A stretch of DNA of 57,870 bases, taken from Myxococcales bacterium (GTDB taxonomy: Bacteria > Myxococcota_A > UBA9042). Below, piece after piece: positions 12,063 through 19,267 of the stretch. The notes under the pieces are model-generated. The model was given only the letters and a program-made list of their open reading frames with translations, was not told the origin of the DNA and made no database searches. A program made the translations under genes and the position numbers. The stretch covers positions 1 to 57,870 of the forward strand of contig JBBISH010000026.1 of assembly GCA_037441385.1 (NCBI GenBank), in the 5' to 3' direction. Position 1 is the stretch's first letter. Each line of letters starts with the position of its first letter.

Positions 12063-12440
12063 ATGGGCGACAACGACGATACCCTGGCACCGCCAACCGA
12101 AGCCGCCCGCTCCGACACCGGGCGCACGGACGGCAGCGAAGCCGAGACCGACTCGATGGACCGGGTGACGCCGATTCGCCGCGTGGATTCGGTGACGACC
12201 TCGATGATTCCCATCCACCGCGACCTGACGCCCCCGCCGCCGCCCAAGGCCGAGCGCCGCGGCGTGGACTTGAACCTGCGGCTCTTTGTGCCCGAGCGCA
12301 AACAACGCACCATGCGCACGATGAGCGACTTGAACGACATGGCCAATCCGCCGCGGCAAAGTGGCACTGCCCAGATCAAGGGGCGCCACAATGTCGTCAA
12401 GCCGATCGAGCCGCCCAAGGCCGACGACACCAAGAAGTAG
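12063..12440 (+). CDS. Hypothetical low-complexity protein
   Basis: AAAGGGGA RBS-like motif upstream; GC3-biased ORF; no family recognised. Confidence 0.5.
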   Translation: MGDNDDTLAPPTEAARSDTGRTDGSEAETDSMDRVTPIRRVDSVTTSMIPIHRDLTPPPPPKAERRGVDLNLRLFVPERKQRTMRTMSDLNDMANPPRQSGTAQIKGRHNVVKPIEPPKADDTKK

Positions 12441-12465
12441 ACACCCTTCCGGGCGCGAACTGTCT

Positions 12466-12604
12466 AATACGCACCCCACCTGATTCGCGCCTGTACGGCT
12501 TTTCTGACCCGCTCTGCAACTGGCGAGAATCAGGCGGGGACCCCAGTTCGGGCCCGAAAAATTGCCCGTGTTTTCGATCCGATTCGGACGGAACTGGTAT
12601 AAAA
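12466..12604 (+). repeat. ~135-bp dispersed double-hairpin repeat, copy A
   Basis: Ungapped alignment to 15947-16080 (+), 21187-21320 (-) and 23907-24045 (-); internal IR ccccacctgattcgcgcc...ggcgagaatcaggcgggg. Confidence 0.92.
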
Positions 12605-12611
12605 TATCAGG

Positions 12612-12761
12612 CTATTGCTGGCTATCGCGCTGGGCCTTTCGCTCGGCGCGCTTGGCTTGCTCTTGCTGTTCGGCCAGGAGCATGCGGCGGCCCATGACAA
12701 ACCCGCCCACGGCGCCGAGCAGCAGCATCACGGGGATGTAGAAGACGTGTGCGCTGGTCAT
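12612..12761 (-). CDS. Small single-pass membrane protein, last gene of ccm operon
   Basis: MTSAHVFYIPVMLLLGAVGGFVMGRR..; ATGA overlap with the upstream CcmD-like gene. Confidence 0.7.
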   Translation of the reverse strand: MTSAHVFYIPVMLLLGAVGGFVMGRRMLLAEQQEQAKRAERKAQRDSQQ

Positions 12762-13048
12762 TTTTCGGCCTTCTCGGGATGGGCGGTCAGGCGATCCAAG
12801 CGGTCCTGCAGCGCGGCAAGGTCGCGCTCGCTGCGGCTCTGGCGCAGGGCGGTGCGCAGGGCATAGGCGCCCAGCAGGGCCCACAGGATCATGTAGGCGA
12901 TCAGCATCAAGTTGCCGCCCGGAACCGACTCCTCTTTGTAGCGGCTAAGGTCTTGAGCCGCGGCCGCGCCTTCGGCCCACGCTGGCGAACTCGCCAGTGC
13001 CGCCACAGCAGCCCAACCGACCTGGAACGGCCTACGTAGCATTTGCAT
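12758..13048 (-). CDS. CcmD-like heme exporter subunit
   Basis: Directly after ccmC; LMLIAYMILWALLGAY TM segment followed by a charged coiled-coil tail, as in CcmD-family proteins. Confidence 0.65.
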   Translation of the reverse strand: MQMLRRPFQVGWAAVAALASSPAWAEGAAAAQDLSRYKEESVPGGNLMLIAYMILWALLGAYALRTALRQSRSERDLAALQDRLDRLTAHPEKAEK

Positions 13049-13775
13049 CGTTCGAAACTCCCCGACGTGCGCGCTGCAGCTCCAGCGCCGACAGGTCCAA
13101 GCGCAGGTGCGCCATCCGCTGCTCTAGCCGAATCCCGCGCATGCGCAGCGCCACCAACGAAAAACCCAGCGTCAGCAGCGCTAGCACCGAACCCCAAAAG
13201 GCAATGCGCATGTCGCTGCTTTGAATTCCGCCGCCTTGGATGACCTGCGGGTGCGTGCCGCCCCACTTCTGTACGGCGATGTGAATCAGGTACGCGACTG
13301 GTGCCGCCAACACGGCCAACGCATTGCCGATTCGGCGGCCGGTCTGGGCCTCGGCGGCCATCGAACGCAGCACCATCACGGCAATGGCGATCAGCAGGAC
13401 CAGCAGCGTCAAGGTCAGGCGCGGCTCCCAAGTCCACCATGTTCCCCAGGACTTGCGTGCCCACAGCGGGCCCGAGGTCAGCACGCCCAGGGCGAACACC
13501 ATGCCCACCTCGGTGCAGGCCTGGCCAGCGGCGTCGATGGTGTCGTTGGGGGCCATCAGGTCGATCAACGCGGCGGCCGAAGCGGCGCACAGGCACAGGA
13601 GCATGCCGAAGGCGGTGCCCACATGAAAGTAGAAGATTTTTTGGACGATGCCCAAATTCTCGTCGGCAGGCGTGACAAAGAATACCCAGCCCAGCGCGGC
13701 GATGCAGAGCAGGGTGCCCGCCCCAAGACCGGCAAGCAGGCGGGTGGGCAGATTGGCGGTATTTGCGCTCATCAA
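13032..13775 (-). CDS. ccmC: Heme exporter / cytochrome c biogenesis protein CcmC
   Basis: Trp-rich WARKSWGTWWTWEPRLT motif, KIFYFHV and HP histidines; follows ccmB. Confidence 0.92.
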   Translation of the reverse strand: MMSANTANLPTRLLAGLGAGTLLCIAALGWVFFVTPADENLGIVQKIFYFHVGTAFGMLLCLCAASAAALIDLMAPNDTIDAAGQACTEVGMVFALGVLTSGPLWARKSWGTWWTWEPRLTLTLLVLLIAIAVMVLRSMAAEAQTGRRIGNALAVLAAPVAYLIHIAVQKWGGTHPQVIQGGGIQSSDMRIAFWGSVLALLTLGFSLVALRMRGIRLEQRMAHLRLDLSALELQRARRGVSNDANAT

Positions 13776-13797
13776 TCAAGACCTTGCAGGGTTCACG

Positions 13798-14469
13798 TCA
13801 GTCGGTCACCCGGGCGAAAAGCCACGGCGAGAGTACCACGACCACCGCGTCGAAGGCGAGCATCAGCTCGATCCAGCCTGAAAACGCTGAGTAAGGTGCG
13901 CGCGTCAGCGCCAGGGCCGTGACCTTGACGCCGCCCAGGACCAGCGGGGCCAGCAGCGGGTACAGCACCAGCGGCAGCAAAGCTTCGCGCAGGCGCACTT
14001 GGGCCAGCAGCGCCGCCGCCAGCGTCCCCAGCGCCGCCTGGCCAATCAGCCCCAACGCGAGCGCGAGGGCGATCCACTCCAGGCCGAACAGGCTGGCGTC
14101 AAAAAACACTGCCACGATGGGCAGCAGAAACGCCGTGACGATGCCTGAAAACAGCAGTTGCAGGGCGGCCTTGGACCAGAACAACGGCGCCGTGCCGCTC
14201 AGCGTGCGCGCCACCAGATCCAGGTTGCCGGCCTCTTCTTCGGGCGCGAACAGGCGCAGCAGCCCCACCGTCCCAGTGAACAGCAGCGTCACCCACAGCA
14301 CGCCCGGCACCTGGTCCTGGGCGGCCTGGCCTTCGCGCAGGAAGCCAAAAGCGAAGACGACCACGCACAACATCGCAAACAGCAGCATGAAGCCAAGCAC
14401 TTCACGCGAGCGTGCCGCGATCCGGACGTCTTTGGCCAGCAGCAGCCAGGTCAGCCGCAGCATCGTCAT
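13798..14469 (-). CDS. ccmB: Heme exporter protein CcmB
   Basis: LLAKDVRIAARSRE, PGVLWV, REALLPLVLYPLLAP; six TM segments; lies between ccmA and ccmC. Confidence 0.9.
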   Translation of the reverse strand: MTMLRLTWLLLAKDVRIAARSREVLGFMLLFAMLCVVVFAFGFLREGQAAQDQVPGVLWVTLLFTGTVGLLRLFAPEEEAGNLDLVARTLSGTAPLFWSKAALQLLFSGIVTAFLLPIVAVFFDASLFGLEWIALALALGLIGQAALGTLAAALLAQVRLREALLPLVLYPLLAPLVLGGVKVTALALTRAPYSAFSGWIELMLAFDAVVVVLSPWLFARVTD

Positions 14470-15140
14470 GGCTGGGCCTCACTCAGCTGCCCACCGCGCA
14501 CTTGTAGCCAGTGGTCTGGCTTGGGAAGCCAAGAAAAATCGTGGGTAGCCACCACCACGGCCGCACCCCGCTGGCGCGCTTCGTCCAGCAGGAGGCCCAA
14601 CGTCCGGCTGCCGGCGGCATCCAGGCCCGTGGACGGTTCGTCCAGCAGCCACACATCGGCACCGGTCAGCAAAAGCCGAGCAAGCGCAGTGCGTTGCATC
14701 ATGCCCCGCGAGAAGCCGCGCACCACCCGCGCCTGGTCGCGACGCGCCAGCCCCACCCGGTCCAGGCATTGGCGTACCGCTTCGTCGCTGGGGGAAACAT
14801 GGCACAAAGTTGCAAGAAGCTTTACGTTTTCGTGTGCGGTCAGGTCCAGGAATGCTCCCGGCTTGTGCCCCAAGCGCGCCAAGCGCCGCGCCAGATCCGC
14901 CGGATGCACGTCGCCCACCGGCACGCCGTCCAGCAGCACCTCGCCGCGGGTCGGCGCGCGCAGACCGGCCAGCAAATCCAGCAAGCTCGACTTGCCTGCG
15001 CCGTTGTCGCCCCACAGCACGGTCAAGGTCCCGGCGGCAAAGGCCACGTCCACGCCCAGCAAGACAAAGCGATCCGCCACCGACCAGGCCAGTTGGCGGG
15101 CACTCAAGCGCGCTGGGTTGCTCTGCAGGACCCCGGTCAC
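14466..15140 (-). CDS. ccmA: Heme ABC exporter ATP-binding protein CcmA
   Basis: Walker A GDNGAGKS, signature FSRGMMQR, Walker B LLDEPSTGLD, H-loop ATH. Confidence 0.9.
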   Translation of the reverse strand: MTGVLQSNPARLSARQLAWSVADRFVLLGVDVAFAAGTLTVLWGDNGAGKSSLLDLLAGLRAPTRGEVLLDGVPVGDVHPADLARRLARLGHKPGAFLDLTAHENVKLLATLCHVSPSDEAVRQCLDRVGLARRDQARVVRGFSRGMMQRTALARLLLTGADVWLLDEPSTGLDAAGSRTLGLLLDEARQRGAAVVVATHDFSWLPKPDHWLQVRGGQLSEAQP

Positions 15141-15946
15141 GCCGGCTCCGCCTGACGGCCAGTGTCCGCGTGCGTCAAGGGGGCAGATTTGGTGGCCCGT
15201 CGTTGCCGCAGTCCGTACCAGGCCGCCGCCACAGCGGCGAACAACGCCAAGCCCGACAGGATGCGCCGCGGCGCCGCCGCATTGGCTGGCAGGTCGTCCA
15301 AAGAAAACGTTACCGTTTCGCCCTGTTGCAGCCCCTGGGCTAGAGACGCTCCCACCAGGCGTTCGCTGCCTTGCTCGGCGGTCGACACCCGCGCCGGGCG
15401 GCTGACGGCCACGCGCACGCGCGTCGGCGGCGCCATGACCACCACCAGCGACGCCCAGGTCTGGTTAGCGGTGCCAACGATGCCCAAGTCCAGGTGGCTG
15501 CTCGCAAACCCGACTACCGTGCGTGCGCGCGCTGTCCCGACTTCGCCGGCTCCCAGCTTGCCGTGCACCACCAGCCCGCCGTCTTGCTTGTCCACGCGCA
15601 GAGGCGCCACGCCCTCTACCTCTACCGACTGAGCCGCATTGGGCAGCGCGCCGTGGTCCAACACCGCCCCGCCAATCATCGGCGCCAACAGGGGCAAACG
15701 CAGCGGATGTGCATCCAAGTCCACGGCCTGGCCCTGGTTGCCGGCGACCTTGGCCTCTACCGTCACCAGCAGATAGGTCTCGTCGACTTGGAGTTGGTAT
15801 TGCACGTCGAGCCGGGCGCCACTGCCCACCTGGGGCTGCGCCATTGCCGGCAGCGCCACCAGCGCGACCGCAGCCACCGCCAGTAGGCCCATCAAGCCCT
15901 TGGATCCGCGCGCGTTCAGCCAGGGTGAGATCGCGTCGTTGCCCAT
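15137..15946 (-). CDS. Hypothetical exported protein with C-terminal TM anchor, in ccm operon (alternative start 16084)
   Basis: Signal peptide ..ALPAMA-QP and C-terminal TM; stop overlaps ccmA start. The frame stays open upstream through repeat copy B to an ATG at 16084. Confidence 0.7.
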   Translation of the reverse strand: MGNDAISPWLNARGSKGLMGLLAVAAVALVALPAMAQPQVGSGARLDVQYQLQVDETYLLVTVEAKVAGNQGQAVDLDAHPLRLPLLAPMIGGAVLDHGALPNAAQSVEVEGVAPLRVDKQDGGLVVHGKLGAGEVGTARARTVVGFASSHLDLGIVGTANQTWASLVVVMAPPTRVRVAVSRPARVSTAEQGSERLVGASLAQGLQQGETVTFSLDDLPANAAAPRRILSGLALFAAVAAAWYGLRQRRATKSAPLTHADTGRQAEPA

Positions 15947-16080
15947 CCCATGCACCCCACCCGGTTCGCGCCTGCACGGTTTCTGGGACACGGTCTGCAA
16001 CCGGCGAGAAACAGGCGGGGACTCCAGTTCGGGCCCGAAGAATTGCCCAAGTTCTCGAGCCGATTCGGACGGATTCAGCC
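15947..16080 (+). repeat. ~135-bp dispersed repeat, copy B
   Basis: About 17 mismatches in 120 nt versus copy A by manual count, no indels. Confidence 0.9.
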
Positions 16081-16404
16081 TCATGTCTTGCTCCCGCGAC
16101 CCTGCTCAAAGGCGTCCATGCGCGCCAGGACCTCTACGGCCTCGCGTTCGTAGCGCGCGCGCAGCCGCTCGTAGTCCGCCTGGTCCAGCTTGCCGGTGTC
16201 GCGGTCGAATTGGATCTCGCGGAGGTGGTTGATCGCGCGGCGGCGCTCGTCTTCCAGCGCAATACGCTGAGGATCGCCGGCAAGGCCCGGCCCCCCGGCC
16301 GGGGTGCGGGCAGCAAAGACCAGCGCCTTGACCGCGTACAGCCCGGCCGCGATCGCCGCCGCTGCTGCCAGCAGTGCGCTCAAGTTCGCTAGCCAATCTT
16401 TCAT
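16081..16404 (-). CDS. CcmI/CycH N-terminal-like membrane protein
   Basis: N-terminal TM then LREIQFDRDTGKLDQADYERLRARY, matching the L+EL+.D...G.I...+Y pattern of CcmI-type proteins; ccm context. Confidence 0.7.
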   Translation of the reverse strand: MKDWLANLSALLAAAAAIAAGLYAVKALVFAARTPAGGPGLAGDPQRIALEDERRRAINHLREIQFDRDTGKLDQADYERLRARYEREAVEVLARMDAFEQGRGSKT

Positions 16405-17417
16405 GAGTTTCCTTTGTTCGGATTTCCAGAGAACTTGCGCGTCAGCCTCTGCCAAAACGTCGACGCGCTCGTGACTTGCGGGGTGGCCAGGGCCTCGGCC
16501 AGGGCGTTGGCAAAGCTCTCTACCGTGGCGTACCGCAGGGCCGGGTCGCGCTGCAGCGCTCGGCCAACCACTTGTCCCACCGCTGCGGGAAGATCCTGCC
16601 GCACTTCGCTCAGCGGCACCGCGGGAATCGGGTCGCTGCCGCGCAAAAAGGCCAAGACCTGTGCGGCCCGCGTGGACTCTACGGGGATGGCGCGGCGACC
16701 TGCGAGGGCTTCGTAGGCGATCGCCGCCAGCGAGAATTGGTCCGCGCGCCCCGTAACCACGCCGCCGGTGGCCTGTTCGGGCGACATGTAGGCCGGCGTG
16801 CCCGCAGGACGATCGCGGTCAAAGCCCACGCGAAACCGGTCCGACCGCTCGCTGACCTGGGTCGCCGTGCCCAGATCGTAGCTGCGCAGCTGGCTCCCCA
16901 ACGGACCGCGCGCCGTCACCACGCTGTTGGCCGGCGAGACGTCGCGGTGAACCCAGCCCAGGCGGTGCAACTCGCCAAGCCCATGGGCCCACTGGCGAAT
17001 CACCTCGGCCACCTGCCGCAGTGGATGCTCGCCGCTCTGCAGCCAGGCACCCAAGGTTGGCCCCTCGGCCAGTTCCATGGCGATGTAGGGGCGTTGATCT
17101 GGGGTTTCGCCCGCGCCAACGATGCGCACGAAGCAGGGCGAGGTCAGGCTGGCCAGGAGTTCCCCTTCGCGACGCAAGGCTGTAGATGCTTTGCGAAAAT
17201 CACCGCTCGGCAGACTGAGATACAACGGGCTCAAGACCTTGACCGCCACCAGTCGCCCGCCCGCCGACTGCTGGCGCGCGGAAAATACGTCGGCGTGGCT
17301 GCCCGAGCCGAGCAACGCCACCAACTCGTAGTCGCCGCCCAGCACCGTTCCCGTTGCCGCGGCAACCGACGCCCTGGCTGGCGTTGCAAACGAATTTGCT
17401 GATTTGGTTAGCGCCAT
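16401..17417 (-). CDS. Ser/Thr protein kinase, cytoplasmic, atypical catalytic loop
   Basis: LGSGSHADV, VAVK, HRDVSPAN, DLG, GTPAYMSPEQ, ADQFSL; no TM; stop overlaps start of the CcmI-like gene. Confidence 0.88.
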   Translation of the reverse strand: MALTKSANSFATPARASVAAATGTVLGGDYELVALLGSGSHADVFSARQQSAGGRLVAVKVLSPLYLSLPSGDFRKASTALRREGELLASLTSPCFVRIVGAGETPDQRPYIAMELAEGPTLGAWLQSGEHPLRQVAEVIRQWAHGLGELHRLGWVHRDVSPANSVVTARGPLGSQLRSYDLGTATQVSERSDRFRVGFDRDRPAGTPAYMSPEQATGGVVTGRADQFSLAAIAYEALAGRRAIPVESTRAAQVLAFLRGSDPIPAVPLSEVRQDLPAAVGQVVGRALQRDPALRYATVESFANALAEALATPQVTSASTFWQRLTRKFSGNPNKGNS

Positions 17418-17799
17418 CGAAGGATCAGGGGATGCGCGGTGGCGCGCGACCCGCAAGTTTGCCACGCGGCCGGCGATTCGGCTAGGCGCCTGCCGGAGAA
17501 ATGCAACCAATCTACATACCTATTGGGTATTATTCGTTGATCTTATTGCGCCCCGCCAGCCTCGCGCCGATCTTCGCCTGTCCACCTGGCTGAAAATTGC
17601 CCGAGGTGAAGTCGTTCGATTTCAGCCAATTGCCTTCAAGCAAGACGCGGCGCTAGGGGGGAGTCGGATCTTCCCGACACGCTCGTAGTCGCCCGGTGCA
17701 AGACCGCGGCCAAACCAAGCATCCGGCATTTGGGGTTGGACAGCCGGCACGACGCAGGTAGGGGTTGCGCAAGCCGGCCGCTACGGTAACCTTGGGTAC

Positions 17800-18924
17800 A
17801 TGAGCGACCTCAATTCGATTGCCAATGTCCACGACCTCCGCGCCGCGCTGCAGTCTGGTCACATCGACCGCTGCGACGTGGGACCGGTCGATCTCCCTCC
17901 CCTGGAAGCGCCGCAAGTTCGCTTGAACCATGTGCGCATGACTGGCACCAAGCTGGTCGGCGTGCACGCGGGGGGCTGGAACGCCAACCGTTGGATCGCG
18001 CGGGGCATCTTGCTGCGCGGCACCCGTTTCGAGCGGGCGGAGTTGCACCACTGCGAAGTGTCGAATTCGCAGGCGCAAGAGCTGCACTGGCCTCAGGCCC
18101 GCATGTTCGACAGTCGTTTTGTCGAGACGCCGCTGACCAACGCCAACTTGGGGCGGTCGATCTTGGCGAACTGCGATTTTGCGCAGAGCGACCTGAATCA
18201 CGCCAACCTGACCGAGTCGCTGCTGCTCAACTGCCGTTTTGCCGATCAGCGGCAAGGCGGGGCAGTGCTCGACAACGCCAACTTGGCCGGGGCCGTGCTC
18301 TGCAACGTGGATTTGCGCGGCGCCAATCTGTTCCGCACCAATTTTTCGCACGCAGTGCTGGTCAACGTGGACTTGCGCGAGGCCAACCTGACCGGAGTCT
18401 CGTTTCGCGAGGCGGTGATCATCGACGTCAAGACTGAGCGGGCCGACCTGCAAGGTCAGACCCAGCAAGAGTTCCAATCGGCCGGATCGTCAGTGGGCGA
18501 TATTTTCGAGCGCATCCGGCACCTGCCGCCCGATGTGGCGGCGATGATCGCGGCGTCGTTGCTGGTGCGGGCGCAGCCGAGCACTGGCGCACCCTCTATT
18601 CAGTCCAGCTCGGCGGCGCCGGCCGATCCGCTGGGCGCGTTGCTGCGGCTCAGCTTTGCCGCGATGGTGCGCGAGTTGCAGGGCCGCGGGGGACCGCAAG
18701 AGCTTGGGCAGCTGCGCGTCGACGGCGAGCACGTCTATGCCCGCTCGGTCACTGGCGACGAAGTCCGCCTAACTGCAGCAGATCGCGCCCCGCCGCGCCA
18801 GGCGCCGCAGATGCGAGCCGCCGAACCACCGCGCGAGCCTTCGCCTGCCCGCCCCGCTGCGGTGCCAGCACCGCCCGCGGCTGCGCCCACCGGTGGCCGC
18901 TTCTCCGGTCTGGAAATCGACTAG
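17800..18924 (+). CDS. Pentapeptide repeat protein with helical/Pro-rich C-terminal region
   Basis: A(D/N)LXX repeats (ANLGR, SDLNH, ANLTE, ANLAG, VDLRG, ANLFR, VDLRE, ANLTG); ends GGRFSGLEID. Confidence 0.88.
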   Translation: MSDLNSIANVHDLRAALQSGHIDRCDVGPVDLPPLEAPQVRLNHVRMTGTKLVGVHAGGWNANRWIARGILLRGTRFERAELHHCEVSNSQAQELHWPQARMFDSRFVETPLTNANLGRSILANCDFAQSDLNHANLTESLLLNCRFADQRQGGAVLDNANLAGAVLCNVDLRGANLFRTNFSHAVLVNVDLREANLTGVSFREAVIIDVKTERADLQGQTQQEFQSAGSSVGDIFERIRHLPPDVAAMIAASLLVRAQPSTGAPSIQSSSAAPADPLGALLRLSFAAMVRELQGRGGPQELGQLRVDGEHVYARSVTGDEVRLTAADRAPPRQAPQMRAAEPPREPSPARPAAVPAPPAAAPTGGRFSGLEID

Positions 18925-18981
18925 TACTACAAACCCGAAATTCGTTCGGGGATGGGCCTTTCGAATGGTCTGTAGTGCTAG
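18921..18981. repeat. CTAG-bounded mini inverted-repeat element 1
   Basis: ctagtactacaaacc...ggtctgtagtgctag (15-bp IR, 2 mismatches); the left CTAG supplies the TAG stop of the pentapeptide gene. Confidence 0.65.
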
Positions 18982-19062
18982 CCTTTTCAGCAGGCAAAAG
19001 GGGGCGCGCCGCGCACTCTTGGACCCCCGCCCCCTGCGACCCCCGCGTGCGGCTCGCGCCGC

Positions 19063-19114
19063 CTAGTACGCCAGCGACGGCAACCCCGAAAGAACTTGAG
19101 ATTTGGCGTACTAG
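19063..19114. repeat. CTAG-bounded mini inverted-repeat element 2
   Basis: ctagtacgcca...tggcgtactag, perfect 11-bp IR; same CTAGTAC terminus as element 1. Confidence 0.65.
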
Positions 19115-19267
19115 ACAGCAGATCAGTCCAGACTTTCTCCGCGCATCCGAGCCGTCGAACTCGGCGCGGCGAGTCGCTGTGGGCGCTCACTTGGGCCCCA
19201 CTTGGGTCTGGATACGCGACTGCAAGCACCAACGGCTGGCCACACGAACCGCCATTGGCTGCCTTTT

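Noticed and set aside
17640..17800. Possible tRNA or other ncRNA in the intergenic region
   Set aside because: No cloverleaf, T-loop GTTCRA context or CCA end found.
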